DNA of 52,923 bases from a virus (IMGVR_UViG_3300038456_000063:1-52923); one strand, 5' to 3'. Shown: positions 35,929-45,499, counted from the first letter of the stretch. A program made the numbers and translations. Notes: generated by a model from the letters alone, not told the origin.

Positions 35929-36167
35929 TGGCCCGCTTCATTCCTTGCGAGGGCTCGATGTACGAGGTCTGCACGCTGCTGGAACTCGGCGACCTGCAAA
36001 ACTTCGTCGGCGGCCTAGTGCGCTTCATCGCCATTGGTTTTGGCGACAACATCGTCTGCCATGAAGATGCCCTCAGCATCTATCCCGAAAACATCACTGC
36101 CTCCTCCCTCTATCACCAGCCCATCCACGGGCCGGCGGTCGTCCTGCAAATGAAGGAACTCCTATGA
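35928..36167 (+). CDS. DUF3846-like protein
   Basis: LGDLQNFVGG...IVCHED...IHGPAVV. Confidence 0.55.
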   Translation: MARFIPCEGSMYEVCTLLELGDLQNFVGGLVRFIAIGFGDNIVCHEDALSIYPENITASSLYHQPIHGPAVVLQMKELL

Positions 36168-36814
36168 TTGTTATTGGACTCGGCCACTACTCGCGCACGG
36201 GCAAAGATACCGTTGCCAATTACTTCCTCGAATGCCTCAGCGAGTACAAGGTGTCGATGCGGGCCATCAAACGCTCGCTGGCCTGGAAGCTGAAGCAGCA
36301 GTGCTACGAGTTGTATGCCTGGGCCGGCGTCATGCCGCCCGAGCACTACGAGACCAAGGAAGGCGAGAAGGACCGCGATGTCAAGCTGCCGGCCCTGGGC
36401 ATGACGGCGGTGGAACTTTGGGTGGCCTTCGGCACCAAGGCCATCCGCAACAACGTCCATGACCGGACGTGGCTGGACTACCTCTTGAAGACCGACCACC
36501 AGTGCGACGTTCTGCTCATTCCCGACATTCGCTTCCCCAATGAGGCGGACGCGATCAAGGAAATGGGCGGACTGGCCATCAAGGTCGTGCGGCCAGGCTA
36601 CGGCCCCCGCAAGACCGTGGCCGACCGAGCCCTCTTGGGCTACGACGGCTGGGATTACGTCATCGGGGCCGAGGGCACGATGGACAGCCTGCGGCACTGG
36701 GCCTCCCGCTTCGCCTGCCACGTTGCCGGCGGCAAGAGTATTCCCGTGCAGACGGCCGCCGAAAGGGCCGCCGCCCTGAAGGTCGAGAACATCGAACCTT
36801 GGGAACCGGCGTGA
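36164..36814 (+). CDS. Deoxynucleoside monophosphate kinase
   Basis: IGLGHYSRTGKDT, LAWKLK, FGTKAIR and DIRFPNE. Confidence 0.85.
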   Translation: MIVIGLGHYSRTGKDTVANYFLECLSEYKVSMRAIKRSLAWKLKQQCYELYAWAGVMPPEHYETKEGEKDRDVKLPALGMTAVELWVAFGTKAIRNNVHDRTWLDYLLKTDHQCDVLLIPDIRFPNEADAIKEMGGLAIKVVRPGYGPRKTVADRALLGYDGWDYVIGAEGTMDSLRHWASRFACHVAGGKSIPVQTAAERAAALKVENIEPWEPA

Positions 36815-36842
36815 CTATCATCACAATGGTGGTATACATGAT

Positions 36843-37025
36843 ATGCGAGTCACCAAGCGCAAGTGGAAACAAAAAGGCGGCCTCTGGAACACGGAGGCCG
36901 CCGACAAGATGGGGTCCGGGTACATTCCCTATCCCAAAGCCTGCGCCCGCATGGGCGATGGCCGACACGGCGGTAAGAAACTCAAGACCTTGCGAGCACA
37001 CCGACAAGACCGAAAACCGACATGA
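36843..37025 (+). CDS. Small basic hypothetical protein
   Basis: 60-aa ORF with ATGA overlap into the DnaQ-like gene. Confidence 0.4.
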   Translation: MRVTKRKWKQKGGLWNTEAADKMGSGYIPYPKACARMGDGRHGGKKLKTLRAHRQDRKPT

Positions 37026-37636
37026 AGACCTATTCCTCCCTCGTGACCTGCAACGGCAATCTGCTGGCCTCCATCGACTTGGAGACGACCGGCACGCAGC
37101 CGGGCTTCCACGAAATCATCCAGATTGCCATTGTGCCGCTCAATAGCGACATCCGCCCGATCGCCGACTTGCCGGTGTTCTACATGAACATCAAGCCCAA
37201 GTACCCCAAGCGGGCCTCCAAGGCGGCCACGCTCAAGCACGGCATCACGATTGAAGACTTGGTGCTGCACGCCCCGGAGTCGGAGAAGGTCGAGGATATG
37301 CTGGTGGAGTGGTTCGAGCGACTGGACCTTCCCTTCGGCAAGGTGCTCGTGCCGCTGGCCCACAACTGGGCCTTTGAGTCCAGCTTCCTCAAGGCATGGC
37401 TGGGCGTGGAAATGGTGGATAAGGTTTTCCACTCGCACGCCCGCGACGGAATGCTCACGGCCATCCACCTGAACGACCGGGCGGCCTTCGCCGGGGAGCC
37501 GGAGCCCTTCAACCGGGTCGGCCTCGGTTCGATCTGCAAGAAGTTCGGTATCGTCAACACGCACGCCCACGACGCGCTGGCCGACGCCTACGCCGGGGCT
37601 GAGGTCTACCGGGCAATGGCAATGGGGATGATCTAA
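37022..37636 (+). CDS. DEDDh 3'-5' exonuclease (DnaQ/RNase T-like)
   Basis: IDLETTG, EIIQIA, AHNWAFE and HDALADA. Confidence 0.9.
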   Translation: MKTYSSLVTCNGNLLASIDLETTGTQPGFHEIIQIAIVPLNSDIRPIADLPVFYMNIKPKYPKRASKAATLKHGITIEDLVLHAPESEKVEDMLVEWFERLDLPFGKVLVPLAHNWAFESSFLKAWLGVEMVDKVFHSHARDGMLTAIHLNDRAAFAGEPEPFNRVGLGSICKKFGIVNTHAHDALADAYAGAEVYRAMAMGMI

Positions 37637-38584
37637 ATGGGTACACCAACGACCGTCCTGACATTGGCGCAGTGGAATCAGATTCTTACCAATATCAACA
37701 ATTCTAGCGCCAGTTGCGGGAACACGCCGCTGCCGGCCGTGACCGCGCCGCACCGTTGGTCCACGACCGACATACTTAACGCCCAGGTCGCCTGTGCAAA
37801 CGGCGGCCCATATACCACGCCGGTCGGGCCGCCATACTTGTGGCAGCAGAAGATCATCGACGAACTCAATGCAGGAATAGCAAAAGGCTGTTGCACCTGC
37901 AATAAAGGCGTCGATGGCAAAGTGATTCCTTTCGGCCCGGTAATCAATGCCACCGTCCAGACTTCTTGTGGCGGCGCACCGTTTCCCACCAATACAACAG
38001 CGCTCGCCCCGTTAATTAACGGCTACCAAGCTGTTGGACCAGGAATCAACGGACGAGGCTGGAAGGTAATCAGCTATCTGCTCGTAAACGGCAAACCAGT
38101 CTACCCCTATTCGGGTGTCTGGGCTTCCGGCACGGTCGGTTGTAGCGGCGCAATTGTCTGCAATAGCGGCACGATCAATCAGGTTTGGGGCATCGCGGTC
38201 TATGGTGGTAACACGCCTTGCAACGATGCTAACTATCTGAACTCGATTGCAGCCGCGCAGGCCATGATCGCCGCAGGCGGTCAGCCCGTGTCAGCTTGGA
38301 TACCACCCCAGCCCCCTGGCTGGTATCAACTGCAATTCTGCATGGTCATCGGCATCGGCGGGGCAACCTGCCAGACCGGCGGATGTCCGCAAACGTGCGG
38401 TTGTAATTGCAGTAACTACGGCGTGTATCTTTACACGGGGTCTAACTCATTCGTAAGCTGCGCGTGTGGAAACTATGCACAGTGCAATCAAATAGCCTCA
38501 AGCTGGGCCAACAGTGGCGGCGGCTGGGCGTCGATATTCTCTTGTGGTGGTGGTGGCGGTGGCGGTGGAGGAGGCCGTAGTTAA
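37637..38584 (+). CDS. Cys/Gly/Asn-rich protein with poly-Gly C-terminus (possible virion fibre)
   Basis: Many Cys residues, almost no acidic residues, and visibly more A/T at third codon positions than its neighbours. Confidence 0.6.
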   Translation: MGTPTTVLTLAQWNQILTNINNSSASCGNTPLPAVTAPHRWSTTDILNAQVACANGGPYTTPVGPPYLWQQKIIDELNAGIAKGCCTCNKGVDGKVIPFGPVINATVQTSCGGAPFPTNTTALAPLINGYQAVGPGINGRGWKVISYLLVNGKPVYPYSGVWASGTVGCSGAIVCNSGTINQVWGIAVYGGNTPCNDANYLNSIAAAQAMIAAGGQPVSAWIPPQPPGWYQLQFCMVIGIGGATCQTGGCPQTCGCNCSNYGVYLYTGSNSFVSCACGNYAQCNQIASSWANSGGGWASIFSCGGGGGGGGGGRS

Positions 38585-38586
38585 TC

Positions 38587-39267
38587 ATGTCTGAAATCAA
38601 AATTAGCATTATTGGTCCCGAAGTATTCGCCCCCGGCGAAATACCTGCTGTAACCCCTGTTGCGGTGCCTAATGCGGAAGAGTTCAACCGGGCGGTCGGT
38701 TCAAAGGTTATTTTTGTCGTTGATTGCGTGTATCGTACTCGAATCAATCACAACGAAAACACCGGCGATCACAGTTTGCACTGTGGGAATTCTCTCTGCG
38801 AGCACAATGGCAAAGAGGTCACATATCGAATCTGCGCATTTTGCCCCTTGCGAAAGGATGGGGCGCAGACTGTGATACCCGTGCCGACGCCTACCGCGCC
38901 GCCCTCCGAGCCACGCCCCGATCTGGCGGCCATCGCGCTGACCCTGCCAGCACCGAACCCGGAGAAGGATGCCGAGCGGACCTTCCAGCGGCCGATCTTC
39001 CATGCGGACGGCAGGATTGAATATCCCAGGCGGGACAAGGACTGGGAGCCGCCGCAGAACATCAACGGATATGTCCGCGACCCGGACAACAAGTGGGTCT
39101 TTCACCCCTTGTGGGTTCCTTGTGCATTCCGCCATCAAACGGCCTTCCTCAAGGCCAACTGCGGCTGCATCGACGTGATCTGCCGCTGCAACTCGCCGCA
39201 ATCACCTATGTTCGCTCAACGTCTCGCCCACGAAACGTGCGCGAATTGCCCCGTAAGAAAGAAGTAA
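38587..39267 (+). CDS. Cys-rich hypothetical protein
   Basis: Two C-x-x-R...C...CxxCPxR modules. Confidence 0.65.
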   Translation: MSEIKISIIGPEVFAPGEIPAVTPVAVPNAEEFNRAVGSKVIFVVDCVYRTRINHNENTGDHSLHCGNSLCEHNGKEVTYRICAFCPLRKDGAQTVIPVPTPTAPPSEPRPDLAAIALTLPAPNPEKDAERTFQRPIFHADGRIEYPRRDKDWEPPQNINGYVRDPDNKWVFHPLWVPCAFRHQTAFLKANCGCIDVICRCNSPQSPMFAQRLAHETCANCPVRKK

Positions 39268-39290
39268 GAAAGAAGTAAGAAAGAAGTAAG
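39253..39290 (+). repeat. 11-bp tandem repeat (GTAAGAAAGAA x3.5) across a stop codon
   Basis: Units start at 39253, 39264, 39275 and 39286 (partial). Confidence 0.9.
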
Positions 39291-39298
39291 GAAAAACA

Positions 39299-39997
39299 AT
39301 GCAAGCAACCGTCAAGCCCTGCCTCAAGTGTCCCGAAGGTACGGCCGGTACACCCATCGCCCTGAACATGCAAGCGCCGGGGCGGGGCCACGACCAGCGC
39401 ATCAATTACGTCCTCAACGAGGGCGACGTGCGGGTGTTCCACTACACATTGGGTCAAGCCATCCCGGACGTGGAAATGAAATACGGACGCCCGGTGGTCC
39501 ACGAAGATGGATCGTTTGAGTTCCCGGTGCTGGAAGGGGTGGGCGATGCCGTGGGGGAGCCCGAAGACCTCTACGGCTACGAGCGGGACGGCGAGAATCG
39601 GCGGCTGTTCCGTCCGATGTGGCCAGATTGCTCCGAACGCGCCTTGGGCGTGTTCGTTCATGCGGGCGTCATGGCGGTGGCCGGCAGATGCAATCACTAC
39701 CTGGCAGAGCACTTCACCAGACCAGTCACGGTGGACCAGTGCCGGGAGTGCTCTGCCCGTCGCGCCAACCCTAAGCGCGAGCCAATGCCGAGAACGGCGA
39801 AAGAATTCATCGCCCGTGCCGAGGCCAGGGCGAGAGAGGATTTGAAGAAGAAGCTCGGCGACGATATTTTCGAGCGGGCCGAAGCGAACCTCAAGGCATG
39901 GCACTTTGGCAGGACCGTGAAGCCAGCGGTGCCTGTGGTGCCGACTACAAATAGAATTGCGAATTCGTCATCGCGTGGTGGTCCGCCTGCGTCGTGA
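39299..39997 (+). CDS. Cys-rich hypothetical protein, paralog of 38587-39267
   Basis: Shared RPxxHxDGxxExP...GYxRDxxNxxxFxPxWxxCxxR...C...CxxC. Confidence 0.65.
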   Translation: MQATVKPCLKCPEGTAGTPIALNMQAPGRGHDQRINYVLNEGDVRVFHYTLGQAIPDVEMKYGRPVVHEDGSFEFPVLEGVGDAVGEPEDLYGYERDGENRRLFRPMWPDCSERALGVFVHAGVMAVAGRCNHYLAEHFTRPVTVDQCRECSARRANPKREPMPRTAKEFIARAEARAREDLKKKLGDDIFERAEANLKAWHFGRTVKPAVPVVPTTNRIANSSSRGGPPAS

Positions 39998-40520
39998 GCA
40001 GCTTGAACACCTTGGTCTCGGCAAAGTTCACCAGCTTGGCACGCACGATATGCACGCCGTACTGCCGGAGTTCCTTGCGGACTTCCTTGGTCATGGTGTT
40101 GGTAATCGACTCGTCCGCCGTGCCGTGGAGAATCTCTTCCAGGGTGTGCGTGGCGACGACGCGAACGACAGCGGACTGGGTGAGATCGTTGACGGTACTG
40201 TCCACGTCCCAGTTGGCCTTGCCGATGGCCTGGATGATGTCCCTGATCTTGTAGACCACCAGCGTCTTCACGGTGACTTTCTTGGCATCCTTGGTGGTCA
40301 AGACCTGATCGGGAATGGCAAGCGTCTGGCGGGCCGTGACCAGTACCTCAATCTCCGTGGTCAGCGGCCAGTAGAAGTGCAGGCCCGGTTGGAGGGCCTT
40401 GATATGCTTGCCCCGGACCCACTTCACCCCGGCATGGGTCGCCCGGATGATAACAATGTGTGGGATGAATCGGTAAAACGTCTCAATCAGTTGACTTAGC
40501 CATGCGAAGGCTGATTCCAT
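39945..40520 (-). CDS. SPFH / Band 7 domain protein
   Basis: GVKWVRG, PGLHFYWP, QVLTTKDAKKVTV and LRQYGV. Confidence 0.85.
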   Translation of the reverse strand: MESAFAWLSQLIETFYRFIPHIVIIRATHAGVKWVRGKHIKALQPGLHFYWPLTTEIEVLVTARQTLAIPDQVLTTKDAKKVTVKTLVVYKIRDIIQAIGKANWDVDSTVNDLTQSAVVRVVATHTLEEILHGTADESITNTMTKEVRKELRQYGVHIVRAKLVNFAETKVFKLLTTQADHHAMTNSQFYL

Positions 40521-40581
40521 CGGAGCACCTTTGTTGCTGGGCGTTGTCGCGTTATGTCGCGTTTTGTTTTGTTCCGAAAAG

Positions 40582-40617
40582 AAAAGGGCATCCGGGCGTA
40601 AGCCTGGATGCCCTTTT
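40582..40617 (-). terminator. Rho-independent terminator (possibly bidirectional)
   Basis: AAAAGGGCATCCGGGC-gtaa-GCCTGGATGCCCTTTT; TTTTCTTTT follows the stem on the minus strand. Confidence 0.8.
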
Positions 40618-40643
40618 GTCGTTGGTAGTCGCCTGATCCGCTC

Positions 40644-40916
40644 TTAGGGAATCGGGCACGGTGCGTCCGGGGCCGGGTTCGGGCTGCCGGGCAGCATGTC
40701 ACGGCGGGCGTGCGCTTCCTGCATCATGGTCAGGAGTTTGTTCTTGACCGGCGAGGAAGGCGTGCTGGCCGAGCCGAGATCGTGGGACTCACGAGCCTCT
40801 TTGGCCGCCCACCGGGCGTCTTGAACGTCCTGATGCACGGCGTCGTTCGTCCGGCCCTGGGCCTGGATCAAAACGATGTCCGGCGAGGGACTGTTCATAT
40901 TCCCTACGTTCTGCAT
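40644..40916 (-). CDS. Small protein, MQNVG...PDIVLIQA family copy 1
   Basis: AAGGA RBS; MQNVGNMNSPSPDIVLIQAQGRTNDAVHQDV. Confidence 0.65.
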   Translation of the reverse strand: MQNVGNMNSPSPDIVLIQAQGRTNDAVHQDVQDARWAAKEARESHDLGSASTPSSPVKNKLLTMMQEAHARRDMLPGSPNPAPDAPCPIP

Positions 40917-41010
40917 AGTTGGTCCTTTAGGCGTAATCCATGTGGTTGCTGCGGAGCCCGCGCATCTTAGCACGGGCTCCGCGTTATTCGCACAGGCTTA
41001 CTGGGTCAGC

Positions 41011-41241
41011 TTACTTGCCAACCGTGTCGGCCGAGCCGCCGGCCCCGCCGTCGATGCCATTCCAACTGCCGTCGTAGACCTGGGCCTTGTTCTGCTCGGG
41101 AACCTGACCCATCTGCTTGCGGTACTCGTTGGCGCTCTTGGCCATCGCCACGTCGCGGTCCACTTGGTCGCCGGTCTTGCCTTCGGCCTGAATCAACACG
41201 ATGTCGGGGCACTTGCCGCTCAATCCACCTACGTTCTGCAT
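41011..41241 (-). CDS. Small protein, MQNVG...PDIVLIQA family copy 2
   Basis: MQNVGGLSGKCPDIVLIQAEGKTGDQVDRDV. Confidence 0.65.
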   Translation of the reverse strand: MQNVGGLSGKCPDIVLIQAEGKTGDQVDRDVAMAKSANEYRKQMGQVPEQNKAQVYDGSWNGIDGGAGGSADTVGK

Positions 41242-41315
41242 GATACTATCTTTCTCGAAAGAAAAGGGAAACAAACTTGGAAGCAAGCCTACGTTGGCTT
41301 ACCTCTCCACTCGCA

Positions 41316-41495
41316 CTACTTCTTGCGGTTCTTGGCCATTGCCTGCAACCGCTTGGCCAACGCAACCTGCCGGTTGGTCGTTGCGTCTTTGTGGGGCATC
41401 GACTCGAATTTGGACAGGCTCACGCCCGCCGCCTTGGCCTTTGCCTTCAAAGCGCCGGGGTGCTTGATCGCACCCTGAATCCAGTGGTCAGCCAT
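41316..41495 (-). CDS. Small basic phage protein (WIQxAIKxPGAL type; not in track)
   Basis: MADHWIQGAIKHPGALKAKAKAAGVSLSKFESMPHKDATTNRQVALAKRLQAMAKNRKK; GAGG RBS. Confidence 0.65.
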   Translation of the reverse strand: MADHWIQGAIKHPGALKAKAKAAGVSLSKFESMPHKDATTNRQVALAKRLQAMAKNRKK

Positions 41496-41535
41496 TGGAT
41501 CGCCTCGCTAAAGGGGTTAAGGGTTAAACTTCGGG

Positions 41536-44500
41536 TTACGACGACGGGGCTTGGAGGAACGCCGTGGCGATGCCTATTTTTTGGCCGGTCGAATCGTACT
41601 TCAAATCAACCTCGGCACCGTCTGGCATGTCGTCCGTGGTGGCATAGATGCCTGCCCCAGTGGCGTCAATCATCATCAACGTCGTCTGGTTCGTCGCACT
41701 GACATCAACACCAGCCGGCGGCGGCCCGACCGTGAATAGGTCAGTGAATCTGGCGTCCGTGCCCGTCGTCGTCAGGGCTTTGTTAAGCGGCCCGTCGTCG
41801 GTTCGGTTGTCTGCAACTTGAGCCACGGCCAACTCCAACCTCAAGCCACCTTTGGGATTGATGCTGAAGAAGTCTCCCAGCGACCCGCCGATCCCTGGGA
41901 ATGCCTGTGCATTCGAGATGTCCGTAATCCTCGTCTGCCAAAGGTCGATCTCAATTGGCTCGGCCGGCAGCGGCTCGTCAATCCACTGTTCCTCGTTGAG
42001 GAAGTTAATTCCTCGCGTGAGATAGGGCCTCGTGCCCGAAGGGTTCACGGCAATGGAGCCTGCCGGAAAGACCGACTGGGCCTCGAAACCCACGTCCGTA
42101 GGGGTCGGATCGCCGTAGTCGCTTCGGGGTCCGTAGACAACATTCGGACCACCTACAAAAACCGTCTGCCCGCTGATCTCGCCATTTACAACACCCGTGG
42201 GCAGATTGCCGCTGGCCCATATCCCGATCCCACCGCCACCGGCAGCGCCGCTGGCGATCTCGTCTGCCGGGGGCCAGGTTACGCTAGCCGGCAGCTTGGA
42301 AGGCCAATAGAAGGGGTAATAATCCATTTCCCCTGCCTTGACCGGCAACTCCAATTCAAAGTCGATGCAATCTTCTGCGGAATTGTAGCTGGCCTTCTTC
42401 ACGACGGCCGAGATCGGCCCGGACGTGGCGTAATTCTTGCCGCCATCGTCAAAGAGGATTGCATCCAGCGTCTCGAAGTTCAGCTTGTTCAGGAAGGTGC
42501 GGAACTTGAGCGTTTTCCACGTCGTTGACATGCGGATCATCCAGAAGGTCGCACACTTCAGAATGATGTCCGGCTGGTTGTAGATGAACCAGTTGAAGGA
42601 CTTTTCGTGCAGACCGTACATCGCCAGATTATGGCGTAGAATCATCGTCTGCTCGTGCTTCTCGGCATCGGACGGATAGGGATTGTCCGGGGCGAGGCTC
42701 AGCCGCCAAGTGACCTTCATCTTCGTCACGATATTCTCGGTGGGCGTATAGGCCACTTCCACACCCTGCTCCGAGTCAATGTCGCTGACCGTGATAACGC
42801 CCACGACCTGATTCTGCGGCGTATTGACTGCCACCGAGTAGGAGGTTTCCTCCGTGTAGACGGGCGTTTGGTTCCCGAACATATCGGTCGTCCAGCCCGT
42901 GATAACTTCCGTCGTCGTCGGGGTGGCCTCAACCTCGACAGGCTGGCCCGAGGCTGCGGCGACTGAGCCGGGCACGGCCGCCCACGTTGGGTCCAGGTGC
43001 CAGGTCGTGGGATCGGTCGCAATGACGCCTGCCAGATTGAAGTTCGGCAGCGTCGGCTCCTCCGGCAGGTACTTCATGTAGAACACGTCGTCGGAAATCC
43101 ACAGGGCACAGCGACATTGGAAGGCAATGTCCCGCAGGATTTCGATGATGTTCTTCGTTTCCAGGAGGGCGAAATTCGAGGGGAAGGCTTGGAGCTTCTG
43201 CCAGCAGTAGTTGAAGCTGTCGTTGTCCCAACTGAGGTCCGTATAGGTCTCGATCAGGTACGCGATGATGTCCACGGTGTTCGGTCCCACCGAGGATTGA
43301 AACGTCACGTAGATTTCGTTGCTCCAACCCTGGTTCGTGCCGTCGTCGTAGCGGTACGTGCTCAACTCCCGCTCCATCGTAATCACCACGGCCGTAATCG
43401 AGCCGTAGTTCACGGTGGAGACCGTGTACCAGTCGGTCGGCACCGTCGTCAAGACGTGCGGGCCGTCGTATTGCTTGAACGCCTTTACGGTCAACACCGT
43501 GCCGGGCACGATGCTGGCGACGTAGGAAACTGCGTCCGCCGTCTCCATCTTGACCGTCTGGCCGCCTTCCTTCCAGAAGATTCGTAACCAGGTACTCGCC
43601 GGTGGCAATTGGCCCACACCGAGACCGGGCGTGTTGACGCCCGACTTCGCGGGGCTGACCAGACAGCCTACGGAACGCATCGTGCAGGGCGGCGTGCATC
43701 CATTCGCCGTGCCGCAGGCCCCGTTCCAAAGCGTGTCCTGACTTAGGCCGTCGATGCCGCTTGAGAGCCAATCGCAAAGCGAGCCGCAGGGAACCTTCTG
43801 CGAAATGTCAAAGGCTTGATGGGTCACGCCGCCGGTCTTCGCCGACTCGCACTGCCCCTCTTGAAAAGTATAAAGGTCCGTGGCAAGCTGTACGGCGTCG
43901 TCCAGATTCACGCGCTCGCTGCAATAGAACAAGTTGCCATCAAAATAGCCGTAGAACGAACCGCCGCCGATGTTGACCCAAATTGGCGTGTTCTGCGGGA
44001 AGTCTTCACCGCCCAAGGTCTGGATCGGATTGTCGCCTACGCCGTTGGTGGCACAGTAGTCGGCCGCATCGTGGCGTGAGAGCGTGATGCACTCTTCCTT
44101 GGCAGCGACCTTCCGCGCCTGTTGGAGGTTCTTCTGCATCAACTTGTTGGCCTCGTCCATGCAGACGGCGCTTTGCAGTTTCTTGCTGGCACAGGGATTG
44201 GCCGGGTCGTAAGTGCGCGAATCGTAGCCATTGAAGGAAGAGATTCCCTGCTGGCCTTCCCAGTCGGCCCAACACATGGCGGCGCTCAACAGCATGTCGA
44301 TCTTGACATTGTTGACGAACATATTCTGATAGGTTGAGACATCCTTGGTGGCACCGCTGGCGTAGAGCGGCGCAGCCAGGGCCGCATCCGAACCCGAGGG
44401 GATGCCTACGGGCGTGATCGTGACGGCTTGGCAAATCCGGGTGATCTGCGTGGCCGGACAATCCTGCGTGGTGCCAAAGATCATCGGCCATGCCTTGCCG

Positions 44501-45003
44501 CACATGGCGCTGGGCAGCCAGCTAAATTGTCCCTCCTCCGGCGAGAAGCCGACTTCCTGGTCTTCCAGGTGCGAGAGCACGGTAATCTTCACGGTGCGGT
44601 CGCGCTCGTTCCATGACACCGGGGTGTTGATCTTGCCGGCGAAAATCAGGAACATATCGCTCATGTCCAGCCCGTTGAACCACTGGTAGACCCGCACGTC
44701 CTGCTTGTGGAAGTCGTACTGGTCGTAGAGGCTCTTGATCGAGCCATCCGTGTCGTCCAGGGTGAGTTCGATCTGTGCGGAACTCCCGTTGCCCAACACG
44801 ATGTCCACTACGTCGTCCAGGGTGCCCAGGGCAACGATCTTGCCGGGGATGGCCGGCGGGCCGGGGATGTCCCGGTCGGCATAGCTCTGGGTGGCGGCGG
44901 CTCCGTTCGCATCAACATACCAGTCGATCTCGACAATGCAGATCGGCTCATTTCCGTAGCGATTGGCCAGCTTGGCAAGACCGTTGGCAGAGATATTACG
45001 CAT
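41536..45003 (-). CDS. Tail tip / baseplate hub-like protein
   Basis: N-terminal IELTLDDTDG...VRVYQWF...IFAGKI, GKAWPMIFG, LRDIAFQCRCALWI hub-like segment; lies downstream of the Dit-like genes. Confidence 0.7.
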   Translation of the reverse strand: MRNISANGLAKLANRYGNEPICIVEIDWYVDANGAAATQSYADRDIPGPPAIPGKIVALGTLDDVVDIVLGNGSSAQIELTLDDTDGSIKSLYDQYDFHKQDVRVYQWFNGLDMSDMFLIFAGKINTPVSWNERDRTVKITVLSHLEDQEVGFSPEEGQFSWLPSAMCGKAWPMIFGTTQDCPATQITRICQAVTITPVGIPSGSDAALAAPLYASGATKDVSTYQNMFVNNVKIDMLLSAAMCWADWEGQQGISSFNGYDSRTYDPANPCASKKLQSAVCMDEANKLMQKNLQQARKVAAKEECITLSRHDAADYCATNGVGDNPIQTLGGEDFPQNTPIWVNIGGGSFYGYFDGNLFYCSERVNLDDAVQLATDLYTFQEGQCESAKTGGVTHQAFDISQKVPCGSLCDWLSSGIDGLSQDTLWNGACGTANGCTPPCTMRSVGCLVSPAKSGVNTPGLGVGQLPPASTWLRIFWKEGGQTVKMETADAVSYVASIVPGTVLTVKAFKQYDGPHVLTTVPTDWYTVSTVNYGSITAVVITMERELSTYRYDDGTNQGWSNEIYVTFQSSVGPNTVDIIAYLIETYTDLSWDNDSFNYCWQKLQAFPSNFALLETKNIIEILRDIAFQCRCALWISDDVFYMKYLPEEPTLPNFNLAGVIATDPTTWHLDPTWAAVPGSVAAASGQPVEVEATPTTTEVITGWTTDMFGNQTPVYTEETSYSVAVNTPQNQVVGVITVSDIDSEQGVEVAYTPTENIVTKMKVTWRLSLAPDNPYPSDAEKHEQTMILRHNLAMYGLHEKSFNWFIYNQPDIILKCATFWMIRMSTTWKTLKFRTFLNKLNFETLDAILFDDGGKNYATSGPISAVVKKASYNSAEDCIDFELELPVKAGEMDYYPFYWPSKLPASVTWPPADEIASGAAGGGGIGIWASGNLPTGVVNGEISGQTVFVGGPNVVYGPRSDYGDPTPTDVGFEAQSVFPAGSIAVNPSGTRPYLTRGINFLNEEQWIDEPLPAEPIEIDLWQTRITDISNAQAFPGIGGSLGDFFSINPKGGLRLELAVAQVADNRTDDGPLNKALTTTGTDARFTDLFTVGPPPAGVDVSATNQTTLMMIDATGAGIYATTDDMPDGAEVDLKYDSTGQKIGIATAFLQAPSS

Positions 45004-45055
45004 ATTGAACCTCGGTAGTGAGGATGGACGGAGAATCCGCGCACCGTCTCCATCA

Positions 45056-45088
45056 AGAGAGTTGCAAAACGGACGTATCTGGTTTTGA
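45056..45088 (-). promoter_or_regulatory. Bipartite phage promoter-like motif, copy 5
   Basis: TCAAAACCAG-N11-TTGCAACTCTCT, intergenic, upstream of the tail-tip gene. Confidence 0.75.
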
Positions 45089-45100
45089 GGATTTTGCGGA

Positions 45101-45499
45101 TTATTGCAGAATCCCCTCAAACTCGATGTCGATGGCCTGAATCTCGCCACGGGGCCAGCCCTGCCGGGCCGGAGCCGCCCGTTCAGGGGTGTCGAACTCG
45201 AAGGGGTTGTTCATAAAGTTCCCAACCCAGGTACGCCCCAAGTGGTCAATCACGTAGATTTTCGAGGCAAAGTAAGACTGTATAAACGCTCTCAGTTCCA
45301 GTCCCTTGTTGCGGGTCAGTTGGAAGACCCACTTCAGTTTTCGCCGGCCGCCCTTGGTCTTGATGTAGGTGTAGCGGGTGCCATCCATCGCCCGCTTCAC
45401 CGTGACCGCATCCGTCAGGCTCATGGCATCGCTGAACCTGGGGTCAGGGAGCACCGTCGTGGTTTGCATCGTCGGATACGGGGCTTGCAAATAGAACAT
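45101..45499 (-). CDS. Distal tail (Dit/gpM-like) protein
   Basis: KRAMDGTRYTY...RKLKWVF...LRAFI...IDHLGRTW; GGAGG RBS; tail-module context. Confidence 0.55.
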   Translation of the reverse strand: MFYLQAPYPTMQTTTVLPDPRFSDAMSLTDAVTVKRAMDGTRYTYIKTKGGRRKLKWVFQLTRNKGLELRAFIQSYFASKIYVIDHLGRTWVGNFMNNPFEFDTPERAAPARQGWPRGEIQAIDIEFEGILQ

